A stretch of DNA of 64,000 nt from an uncultured Clostridia bacterium (GTDB lineage Bacteria; Bacillota; Clostridia; TANB77; CAG-508). The notes beneath the pieces were generated by a model. It was not told the origin of the DNA. It saw only the letters and a program-made list of their open reading frames with translations, and did not search any database. Location: NCBI GenBank assembly GCA_944391575.1, contig CALXUC010000001.1:12841-76840 (forward strand), in the 5' to 3' direction. Shown here in pieces: positions 39,921 to 48,865 of this stretch. Numbering within the stretch: the stretch's first letter is position 1; every line of letters starts with the position of its first letter. Made by a program: the position numbers and the translations under genes.

Positions 39921-40040
39921 ACACTCTTTTATTAGTGTGCAATTTTTTTGGAAATTTATACAATTATTATGTAGTACAATTTAAAAACCATACAAAATTT
40001 ATATTCAACTTTTAGATAAGAAATAAATTGTAAATTCAAA

Positions 40041-41270
40041 TTACTTTTCAACATAATATTTCGTACCCAACATTTCATCAGGTAAATATTGTTGCTCTAC
40101 GTAATGATTTGGATAGTCATGAGGATATTTATATCCATTATGGTATCCAAAATTCTTCATTTGTTCTACAGGTGCATTTCTTAAATGTAGTGGTACTTCT
40201 CCTGTATTCTTATTTTCCACATCATCTAAAGCTTTATCTATTGCTAGATATGCGGCATTCGATTTTTTTGACCTTGCTACATATATCGCCGCTTCTGATA
40301 ATATTATTCTTCCCTCTGGCATTCCTATATTTTGAACTGCTTGCAATGCTGCATTTGCTACTACTAATGCATTAGGATTAGCAAGTCCAACTTCTTCTGC
40401 AGCCGCAATTACAATTCTTCTAGCTAAAAATATTGGATCTTCACCTGCGGCAATAGCTCTTGCTAAATAAAAAACAGCAGCATCTGGGTCACTCCCCCTC
40501 ATAGATTTTATAAATGCACTTATATTATCGTAATGGCTATCTCCTTTTTTATCAAAATATATTTTTTTCTTATTTACACTTTCTGCAGCTATTTCATCTG
40601 TTATATGAATATATCCATCTTCTGAAATTTCTGTAGTAATTACAGCTACCTCTAAGCCATTTAATGCAGTTCTTACATCTCCATTAGAAACTTCTGCTAT
40701 TTTTCTTAAAGTCTCATCCGTTATTTTCACTTTATAACTTCCTAAACCTTCTTCTAGAGTTAGACTTCTTTTTAAAATTTGAAATATATTTTCTGTACTT
40801 AATAGTTCTAGCTTAAAAACCATAGAACGTGAAATTAGGGCTTTATTTACTTCAAAATATGGATTCTCTGTAGTTGCTCCTATCAAAATAACTGTACCGT
40901 CTTCTACAAATGGTAATAATGCATCTTGTTGAAGTTTATTAAATCTATGAATTTCATCTATAAATAAAATACATCTACCACTGGGATTTATTAATAAGTT
41001 TTTAGCCTCGCTTATTATATTCTTAATATCTCCTACACCAGCAGTTACTGCATTTATTTTATAAAATTTATTCTTAGTTGTATTACTTATTACTTTAGCA
41101 AGAGACGTTTTGCCTGTTCCTGGAGGCCCCCACAAAATTATACTAGATAATCTATCTGCTTTTATAGTTCTATATAATATTTTATTCTTACCTAATATAT
41201 GCTCTTGACCAACATATTCTTCTAAAGTTTTTGGTCTCACTCTATATGCTAATGGTTTTGATAAATCCAT
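40041..41270 (-). CDS. rarA: Replication-associated recombination protein A (AAA+ ATPase)
   Basis: LWGPPGTGKTSLAKVI Walker A, MgsA/RarA C-terminal domains, 409 aa. Confidence 0.85.
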   Translation of the reverse strand: MDLSKPLAYRVRPKTLEEYVGQEHILGKNKILYRTIKADRLSSIILWGPPGTGKTSLAKVISNTTKNKFYKINAVTAGVGDIKNIISEAKNLLINPSGRCILFIDEIHRFNKLQQDALLPFVEDGTVILIGATTENPYFEVNKALISRSMVFKLELLSTENIFQILKRSLTLEEGLGSYKVKITDETLRKIAEVSNGDVRTALNGLEVAVITTEISEDGYIHITDEIAAESVNKKKIYFDKKGDSHYDNISAFIKSMRGSDPDAAVFYLARAIAAGEDPIFLARRIVIAAAEEVGLANPNALVVANAALQAVQNIGMPEGRIILSEAAIYVARSKKSNAAYLAIDKALDDVENKNTGEVPLHLRNAPVEQMKNFGYHNGYKYPHDYPNHYVEQQYLPDEMLGTKYYVEK

Positions 41271-41351
41271 AATTTATTCCTTTCTATTTTCGTTATAATT
41301 CACAATTTAAGTAATATTTTAAAACTAAATTAAATAAGTTGTAATTGTAAT

Positions 41352-41951
41352 CTATCTTCCCAACAATGCTAATGCTTTTTTAATTATATCTTGTGTAGAT
41401 AAACCTGCTAATTCGAGTTTTTCAAAAGCTTTTTCAATTTCTTTCTTATTATATCCTAATATTTGTAGAGCTTGTATAGCCTCTTCAATTTCCTCATCAT
41501 TTTTAATAGCTTTTTGAATACTTTCATCAGCTTTACTAATTGCTTCTTCTGTTTTTAGCTTATCTTTTAATTCTAAAACAATTCTAGCAGCAGTTTTAGC
41601 TCCCACACCTTGGATTTTAGTTAATTTACTAGTATCATTTTGAATTATTGCCATCGCAAATTCGCTAGGCAAAATACTTGACAACATCGCTATTGCAGAT
41701 TTTGCACCAACTCCACTTACAGATAATAAGAGTTCAAACATTCTTAATTCTTCTTTTTGCAAAAATCCGTATAGACTTATGTTGTCTTCCCTTACTTGAT
41801 AATATGTATATATTTTTATATCTTCATTTTCTTCTTGAATTTTATCTATTGCAGTAGCTGACATAAAAATTCTATATCCGATTCCATTATTTTCAATAAT
41901 TACATAATTATTAGATTTTTCTACTATTTTTCCTTTTATATATGCGTACAT
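41352..41951 (-). CDS. ruvA: Holliday junction branch-migration protein RuvA
   Basis: MYAYIKGKI...GIGYRIF N-terminal OB domain, two HhH motifs, C-terminal domain III; 199 aa. Confidence 0.9.
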   Translation of the reverse strand: MYAYIKGKIVEKSNNYVIIENNGIGYRIFMSATAIDKIQEENEDIKIYTYYQVREDNISLYGFLQKEELRMFELLLSVSGVGAKSAIAMLSSILPSEFAMAIIQNDTSKLTKIQGVGAKTAARIVLELKDKLKTEEAISKADESIQKAIKNDEEIEEAIQALQILGYNKKEIEKAFEKLELAGLSTQDIIKKALALLGR

Positions 41952-41987
41952 TCTTCTTTCTCCTAACTTTTATTTTTTATAAGAAAT

Positions 41988-42010
41988 ATTTTACCACAAA
42001 AACGTTTGTA
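41988..42010. repeat. 23 bp perfect direct repeat tattttaccacaaaaacgtttgt (copy 1; copy 2 at 42810-42832)
   Basis: The two copies bracket the PIN / small-partner cassette. Confidence 0.8.
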
Positions 42011-42065
42011 GCTATAAAAAGACTAAGTTGACCTAGTCTTTTTTATATTCTTTAATATAATAATT

Positions 42066-42269
42066 TTAATTCAATTCTTCTCTTAAAAACTTTTGTAAAT
42101 CCTCTTTGCTTAAATTTTTAATTTTATCTTTTCTCTCTTCTGTGTAATCTCCCTTTCCGTCGCTATACATTTGTATGAACTTGATCATTCCTTCAACACC
42201 TAATTTTTCTTTTAGAGCTTTGAGTCCCTCTCTTCTTATTTTTTCTAATTCTCTAACTGTTACTGCCAT
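42066..42269 (-). CDS. Small charged helical protein, likely cognate partner of the PIN protein
   Basis: 67 aa; its ATG lies 1 nt after the TAA stop of the PIN ORF (ATGTAAATGGCA), so the two are probably co-transcribed; no DNA-binding motif recognised. Confidence 0.4.
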   Translation of the reverse strand: MAVTVRELEKIRREGLKALKEKLGVEGMIKFIQMYSDGKGDYTEERKDKIKNLSKEDLQKFLREELN

Positions 42270-42712
42270 TTACATCACCTCCATAATAAAATTAATTGGA
42301 TTTATAACTTTTAACATTAATTTAGATTTTTTAGATGTATTTATTAATTGCTTATCTACAGTTATAAAATAATCTACAGATTTACTTTCTGCGTAAGCAA
42401 TATGATAAGCATCCATATAATGAATATTATACTTTTCTAGTTCTTCTACTCTTTTATCTAATTCATATGTATATGGAATATTTTCTAGTTCTAACCCATC
42501 ATATAAATCCTCAACCTGTCTTCTTTTATCTCCATTTGAAATTTTACTTATTTCATAGTCAATAGCCCTACTTTTGTATATAACCAACTTATTATTTACA
42601 TACATATTAATAATTGAATCTATTGCTCCGAGCTTCTAAATTTATTTTTTCTTGTTTCAAATCATCAAACGGTCTATTATAACAACAATTATCTAAATAT
42701 AATTTTAACATA
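42270..42712 (-). pseudogene. PIN-domain toxin (VapC-like, NRPFDD subgroup) with a frameshift near 42620-42640
   Basis: The N-terminal piece MLKLYLDNCCYNRPFDDLKQEKINLEA (from ATG 42712) ends at a stop. The C-terminal piece continues in another frame and carries the PIN signature DAYHIAYAESKSVDYFITVD. Confidence 0.55.
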
Positions 42713-42846
42713 ACTTTACCTCTCTCTTTATTATATAACATTTAAGTAATTTTATTTATAAATATTTTACACTATAACTAAAAAAATATCAAGTTAAAAC
42801 ATATTAGTATTTTACCACAAAAACGTTTGTTTGTAAATGTTTTTTG

Positions 42847-42888
42847 CACATTTTTTCTTGTAAATTTCATAAAATTATTATATAATAA
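42847..42888 (+). promoter_or_regulatory. 42 bp promoter-like module (copy 1; copy 2 at 45611-45652)
   Basis: cacattttttcttgtaaatttcataaaattattatataat with a -35-like cttgta and an extended -10 tatataat; one mismatch between the copies; lies upstream of the GNAT gene, copy 2 upstream of nagZ. Confidence 0.5.
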
Positions 42889-42959
42889 TATCGTTATGCT
42901 TAAATATACTATTAAAAAAATGTAATATATATAAAATAAATAATTTGGAGGTAAAATAT

Positions 42960-43493
42960 ATGAATTCAATAGGCACCAAAAACTTATATACTAAAAGATT
43001 GATTTTAAGAAAATTTGCAGTAAGCGATGCAGAAGCATTGTTTCTGGGATATATTAATCAAGCGGATTTTTTATATTATGCAAATAAGGAAAAACGTACA
43101 CTAGAAGAAGAAAAACAAGCATTAATAAATATTACTGAAAAATATAAAAATCTTGATTATTATAATTGGGTAATAACATTAAATGATACCAATACAATTA
43201 TTGGGAGTATTAATCTTAATGTTAATTCTAAAAATGATTCTGTCGAATTTAATTATGTAATAGATAATAGATATAATAATAAAGGTTATATGACAGAAGC
43301 TTTAAAAAGAATAGAAAAATTTTGTTTTGATGAAATGAACATTAATAGATTTCAAGGTGGCTGTTGTGTAGAAAATACGGCTTCTAAAAGAGTTATGGAA
43401 AAATGTAATATGCAATGTGAGGGTATATTAAAAAAATATATAAAATTAAAAGATGGATACCACGATATGTATATGTTTTCAATAGTTAAATAA
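42960..43493 (+). CDS. GNAT family N-acetyltransferase (RimJ/RimL-like)
   Basis: GNAT core (NWVITLNDTNTIIGSINL...NKGYMTEALKRIEKFCFDEMNINRF); GGAGG RBS before the ATG at 42960. Confidence 0.75.
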   Translation: MNSIGTKNLYTKRLILRKFAVSDAEALFLGYINQADFLYYANKEKRTLEEEKQALINITEKYKNLDYYNWVITLNDTNTIIGSINLNVNSKNDSVEFNYVIDNRYNNKGYMTEALKRIEKFCFDEMNINRFQGGCCVENTASKRVMEKCNMQCEGILKKYIKLKDGYHDMYMFSIVK

Positions 43494-43581
43494 GAAGCAC
43501 ATACTAAACCTAGTATGTGTTTTTTATTTATGTTGTTCATTAACAGTACTCTCTAAACCCATTGAAAATACATTTAGTTAT

Positions 43582-45489
43582 TTAATAGTATATATCTAAA
43601 ATATAATTTTTTCCACTATACTGTTCATTCAAAAATTCATCTTTCATAACTTGATAAGTATAATCAGTCAATCTATTTCCTTCTATGTCATATAAACTAT
43701 ATTCTCTGTTATAATATGGAATCCCCTCAGCCATGATATCTTCTCTGCTTAGGCCTTCAGTATATACAACATACTCTCCATTATTAGAATTATCTCCACA
43801 TATTAGAACTTCCCCATTTTCTACCAAACATATAAGATCAAATTCTCTTGTTACTTCATTTAATTGATTATCACAATATACTACCTTATTGTTGTATTTT
43901 TGTATTACATACCCACATTGATATGCAGATATATTTTTAGCTATACATAAAACTTCGCCAGTAATTGAATTCATAATATAGTCCCTAACATTATTAGGAT
44001 TATTATAGTCTCTCACTACTATCAAATCACCTTTTTTATCTAGAATTTGATATTTACCACCCAAATATTTGGACATTCCCTCACTTATACTATAATATCC
44101 TTGAATTCCTTTTTCCGTATCTACAAACGGTATATCTCCACTAATATATGTGAATATTGCTCCTTCTCCTTCCGATGTATTACCGAAAAACATCTCCACA
44201 TTTTCAATCGTTTCAATTATTTGATTATTTCTTTTAATTTGTATATTATATTTTTCTTCACCTTCATCATCTTCAAACTCTTCGACATATAACTTTTCTC
44301 CATTTTTCAACTCGTACTCATATATAGAATTAAACTTTTCGTTATATGAATGAGATACTGGATTTATATAATATGTCTTGCCATACATATCTTCATATGG
44401 AATGTCTTCAACGTACGAAGAGAGTGATAATGAAAGGTTCAAGCTACTTTGCTCTATCGTATCATATTCATCCAGACACATAATTAATATATTTTGCACA
44501 CCCACAAGAAAATACGTATAATTGTTTTCATTTTCTTTTAGGGTATCTTCTTCCCATTTTTCATTAACAAAAGGTAATGGTCTTCCTACACTAGTTGCTA
44601 AAAGTTTCCCATTTCTTGTTAATATATGATAAGTATCTTCTTTTTTAGCCACAACAATTTTATAAAACGTCAACATAGAATTATAGTCTGAAATAACATC
44701 ATATTGGCAAGGTACAATTTCTTCTCCTTCTTTATTTATATATCCCCATTTATTATTCCTATTTACTAATATCAATTCATTAGATTCTAAATCTTCATTC
44801 TCTAGTCCTTCTCTTATTTGCTCTATAAATTGTACTGTTTCTCTATCTATCTCATATAATTTTACAATCATAACCGTTACTCTTGCAATATAAAATGCAC
44901 CAAAAGTTATTATTATTCCTAATAAAGTTACAGCAATTATTCTCTTTGCTTTATTATCATCTATTGATTCTTTGGTATAAATAAACATCATAATTGCAGA
45001 TATTATAAACCATATAACTGAAGCTAAATCACTTATTTCTTCTATTAAAATTATAATAATAGATAAAATAATTGCTAATGTATAAAAAATTATATTCTTT
45101 TTTCTTTTATTCTTCAATACTTCAACTATTAAAGCAATAATAAATATTACTCCTGGAATTATACACCATAAGTCGTAAAAAACATCGGTTATTTTATTCA
45201 AATCTAAATTTATAAAAAGTAATTCGATAAAAAATATAATCGGTATTAAAGACCATACAACATACTTTTTATTTTTTATATTAATAATGGCGTTAATAAT
45301 ATTTGCTATAATTAATATTATAAACATTATATTCTGTATAAGTGATAATTTTTCAGTCTCTCCATAAATTCCTAACATAGATAATTTAATAGTTAAATTA
45401 TTTGCCAAAATATTAATCAAAAAAGAAAAAATAATACTCATTATTATATTCAATATAATTATTACCCTGTTACTATACTTTATTTTCAT
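43582..45489 (-). CDS. Polytopic membrane protein with an extracytoplasmic WG-repeat (KWG) domain
   Basis: About 7 N-terminal TM helices, then KWGYINKEGEEIVPCQYD-type WG repeats and Tyr-rich beta-propeller-like repeats. Confidence 0.5.
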   Translation of the reverse strand: MKIKYSNRVIIILNIIMSIIFSFLINILANNLTIKLSMLGIYGETEKLSLIQNIMFIILIIANIINAIINIKNKKYVVWSLIPIIFFIELLFINLDLNKITDVFYDLWCIIPGVIFIIALIVEVLKNKRKKNIIFYTLAIILSIIIILIEEISDLASVIWFIISAIMMFIYTKESIDDNKAKRIIAVTLLGIIITFGAFYIARVTVMIVKLYEIDRETVQFIEQIREGLENEDLESNELILVNRNNKWGYINKEGEEIVPCQYDVISDYNSMLTFYKIVVAKKEDTYHILTRNGKLLATSVGRPLPFVNEKWEEDTLKENENNYTYFLVGVQNILIMCLDEYDTIEQSSLNLSLSLSSYVEDIPYEDMYGKTYYINPVSHSYNEKFNSIYEYELKNGEKLYVEEFEDDEGEEKYNIQIKRNNQIIETIENVEMFFGNTSEGEGAIFTYISGDIPFVDTEKGIQGYYSISEGMSKYLGGKYQILDKKGDLIVVRDYNNPNNVRDYIMNSITGEVLCIAKNISAYQCGYVIQKYNNKVVYCDNQLNEVTREFDLICLVENGEVLICGDNSNNGEYVVYTEGLSREDIMAEGIPYYNREYSLYDIEGNRLTDYTYQVMKDEFLNEQYSGKNYILDIYY

Positions 45490-45734
45490 ACTTTTCTCCT
45501 TACTTTTTGTATTTTTAATTTTATTTCTTCATAATGTATTCTATCATACAAACTTAACCTTGTAAATACTATGTTATAATTTAGTGTAAGTTATTACAAC
45601 TAAAACTTTTCACACATTTTTTCTTGTAAACTTCATAAAATTATTATATAATGTAAAAAATGATAGCTAGTTTGAAAAAAATCTTTCATAATTATATGTG
45701 CCTTTAAGCGAAACGGGAAAGGAATGAGATTTCT

Positions 45735-46820
45735 ATGGATATAAATAATTTAAGCTTAGAAGAAAAAATTGGTCAAATGTTTTTAGTAGGATATGAAGCA
45801 AATACCATAACTGATGAATTTAAAAATTTTATTCAAAATTATAAAATAGGTGGAGTTATTTTATACCGTAAACAATTTATTAAGTATGAAGATTTATTAA
45901 AACTCATAAACGAATTGAAAGAAATTAATAAAAATAATCCATTACCACTATTTATATCTGTAGACCAAGAAGGCGGACGTGTTACTAGGTTACCTCAAGA
46001 ATTTAAAAGAATTTCTGCTCCTTTTTATCTTGCTAAAAATAAAGATATTAATATCATAAAAAATGCAAGTAATATAACAGCAAATATCTTGAAAGAGACT
46101 GGATATAATATGAATTTTGCCCCAGTTTTAGACATAAAAAATTTTGAAGATACACACCCCATTGGAGATAGATGTTATGCTGATAATGTAGAAGATGTTT
46201 GTAAATTTGGTATAACTGCTATGAAAGAGTTTCAAAACAATAATATTATACCTGTTATTAAACACTTCCCTGGTCACGGTGCTACTAATACAGATTCACA
46301 TTTCTTTTTGCCTGTTATTAAAAAGAAAAAAGAAGATTTAGAAAAAGAAGATATGTTATGTTTTAAAAATGCTATTAATAATGGTGCTGATGCTATTATG
46401 GTAGGGCATTTACTTGCTACAAAGATAGATAAATTTTATCCTGCTTCTTTATCTTCAAAATTTATAAAAAATATTTTAAGAAAACAGTATAAATTTAATG
46501 GATTAATTATAACAGATAGCTTTAAAATGCTTGCTATAAAATTATTATATGGAGATAAAAAAGCTGTTAAAAGAGCTATACTCGCTGGAAATGATATTGT
46601 TATGCTTAAATATCCTATTAAAAAAGAAATGCAATGCATAGATTATATTAAAAAGTTAATATTAAAAAATAAAATCCCTATGGAAGAAATAAATAATTCT
46701 GTTAAAAGGATTATTACTATTAAAGAGAAGTATAACCTAAGTAATAAACCTTCTAATGGAATAGATGTTGATTTTGCTAATAGTTTAATCGATGAAATAA
46801 ATAAATCTGCAATTTCTTAA
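45735..46820 (+). CDS. nagZ: Beta-N-acetylhexosaminidase (glycoside hydrolase family 3, NagZ-like)
   Basis: GH3 N-terminal domain motifs (SVDQEGGRV, KHFPGHGATNTDSH), 361 aa. Confidence 0.8.
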   Translation: MDINNLSLEEKIGQMFLVGYEANTITDEFKNFIQNYKIGGVILYRKQFIKYEDLLKLINELKEINKNNPLPLFISVDQEGGRVTRLPQEFKRISAPFYLAKNKDINIIKNASNITANILKETGYNMNFAPVLDIKNFEDTHPIGDRCYADNVEDVCKFGITAMKEFQNNNIIPVIKHFPGHGATNTDSHFFLPVIKKKKEDLEKEDMLCFKNAINNGADAIMVGHLLATKIDKFYPASLSSKFIKNILRKQYKFNGLIITDSFKMLAIKLLYGDKKAVKRAILAGNDIVMLKYPIKKEMQCIDYIKKLILKNKIPMEEINNSVKRIITIKEKYNLSNKPSNGIDVDFANSLIDEINKSAIS

Positions 46821-46935
46821 GAAATTCAATCAAAAATAAAAAACTAGAGATATAAAATGAACCCTCCTTATTAATATTTTGATCTAATAATTTGGGTTCA
46901 CTTCAAATCTCTAGCCTTTTAATATTAATTATATT

Positions 46936-48150
46936 TTATTCAATCTGCAAATTCTTTTCCTTTAACTTATGATTTACATTTTCACCAAGCACTGCATAAA
47001 TTACTGAGAATAATGGTACACTTAATAATATACCAACTAAGCCCCACAAGCTACCACCTATAGAGATAGCTACTAATACCCAAATTCCTGGTAATCCTAC
47101 TGAACTTCCAACTACTTTTGGATATATGATATTTCCCTCTATTTGTTGTAATATTAATAAGAATATTACAAATACTACAGCTTTAATTGGAGATACAGGT
47201 AGTATTAAAATTGCACCTATTACAGTTCCTATTATAGCACCTACTATTGGTATTAAAGCTGTAAATGCTATCATAACTCCTATTGTTACAGCGTGTGGTA
47301 TATCTAATATTAACATACCTAACATACATAAAAATCCTAATATTAATGCTTCAATAAATTGACCTGAAATAAAATTTGTAAAAGTTGTATTTGCTGTTCT
47401 TGCTACTCTCATAACTTTATCAGCTTTATCTTTTTGCACATAAGCATATAATAACTTCTTAGATTGCAATATCAATTTTTCTTTTTGAACTAATGCATAA
47501 AGTGCAAATGCTAAAGCTAATACAAATGTAACTATAGCACCAGCCATTCCAGAAATAACATTTACAGATGTAGTTAAAATTCCAGATCCATAAGTTTCTA
47601 AAAATTTATTAAGTTCTTCGTTTATGTTTAAATTCTCAATAGAATTTTGTAAATTTGTAATAGTTGTATTTAATTCTGGATATTCAACTAATAAATCAGC
47701 TATATATACTTTACCATTTTCTAATAAATCAGGTAATGATGCAAATAACATTTGAACAGTATTTATTAATTCTGGTATTACTAATCCAATAACTAAAGCA
47801 ATTATAGCTAATAATACAATTATAGCTAAAATAAGCGATACTCCTCTTTTCCAACGAGATTTTTTCACTTTCTGTACTTTTTTAGTCTTTCCCTTGTTTT
47901 TTGGATTTCTCGTAAATACTTTTTCTTCAAAAAGTTTAGTTAATATGTTCAAAACAAATGCTATAGCTATACCTAATATAAAGGGGAATATTAAATCAAA
48001 AACTTTATCAAGAAAACTAATAGCTGTATTCCAATTTAATACTACCCATAAAAAAAATAATGTGAATATGATTATTGCTAAAATTTTTCTAGTATTTGCT
48101 TTATTAAGTTCCATATTTCTTTTCAATCCTTTCATGATTTCTAATTGCAA
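46936..48150 (-). CDS. AI-2E family transporter (PerM/YhhT-like)
   Basis: 404 aa polytopic membrane protein with a C-terminal YPKVVGSSVGLPGIWVLVAI motif. Confidence 0.8.
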   Translation of the reverse strand: MQLEIMKGLKRNMELNKANTRKILAIIIFTLFFLWVVLNWNTAISFLDKVFDLIFPFILGIAIAFVLNILTKLFEEKVFTRNPKNKGKTKKVQKVKKSRWKRGVSLILAIIVLLAIIALVIGLVIPELINTVQMLFASLPDLLENGKVYIADLLVEYPELNTTITNLQNSIENLNINEELNKFLETYGSGILTTSVNVISGMAGAIVTFVLALAFALYALVQKEKLILQSKKLLYAYVQKDKADKVMRVARTANTTFTNFISGQFIEALILGFLCMLGMLILDIPHAVTIGVMIAFTALIPIVGAIIGTVIGAILILPVSPIKAVVFVIFLLILQQIEGNIIYPKVVGSSVGLPGIWVLVAISIGGSLWGLVGILLSVPLFSVIYAVLGENVNHKLKEKNLQIE

Positions 48151-48356
48151 AATATATTAATGAATATTTACTTTAAGGTACTTTGCAATGACAAATAGTA
48201 AAAATTTTCCATTTTTAAACTACAATTCTATTATACCATTTTTTTAAGCAAATTTCAATATACTAATCGTTCTCTTTTAATTATAGTCTAATTATGTTAT
48301 TCTTATTCAAATAATAATTTTAAAATATAAAATTTAGCAAAGTAAGACTATTCATA

Positions 48357-48469
48357 AAAAATAGAGTTAGAATTTCTTAATATTTTTTACGGAAAGAGTT
48401 CAAGGTTTACCTTGGAAGGGTGCCGTAAAAAATGTTTTAGAAATTCAACGAATATTTTATTTGATAGGA
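48357..48469. repeat. Structured intergenic repeat (family 2), copy 2, inverted relative to 5603-5712
   Basis: aaaatagagttagaatttcttaatattttttacggaaagagttcaaggtttaccttggaagggtgccgtaaaaaatgttttagaaattcaacgaatattttatttgatagga. Confidence 0.75.
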
Positions 48470-48529
48470 TTACTTAAAAAATTTTATATTTTAAAACTAT
48501 TAGAATTAAATATAAATTACGTATTATTC

Positions 48530-48640
48530 ACATTTACAGCTTTCCGATTCTTTCCCTAGAATAAACATACACATTATAATTAAGGTTATTATAGAACCTG
48601 TTATTTCTCCTATTACTAATCCTAACCAAAACATTAAATA
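48530..48640 (-). CDS. Small hydrophobic peptide (36 aa) with a C-terminal SCKCE, hypothetical
   Basis: AGGAGGTG RBS 7 nt before the ATG; MFWLGLVIGEITGSIITLIIMCMFILGKESESCKCE. Confidence 0.25.
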
Positions 48641-48827
48641 CACCTCCTGCTAATTATGTCTACTAATTATTTTACCACATAAAAATAGCAGATTTTGTCG
48701 AAATCTGCGTTTTGATATGAATTTTTATAAATTTTTTATTTAAAATAAAAGTTACTAAATCATAATTATATTCTTTAATTTTATTTTGAGATTTATCTAA
48801 GGCAAAAATTTGTGCAATTTAAGATAA

Positions 48828-48858
48828 TAAAATCTCAAGCTTATACAACTTGAGATTT
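48828..48858 (-). terminator. Rho-independent terminator of ppdK
   Basis: aaaatctcaagttgtataagcttgagatttt on the minus strand. Confidence 0.6.
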
Positions 48859-48865
48859 TTAATAT

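Noticed and set aside
42778-42969. 63 aa minus-strand ORF overlapping the 42 bp promoter-like module and the start of the GNAT gene
   Set aside because: It is AT-rich low-complexity, overlaps a duplicated regulatory module and the GNAT RBS, and has no RBS of its own.
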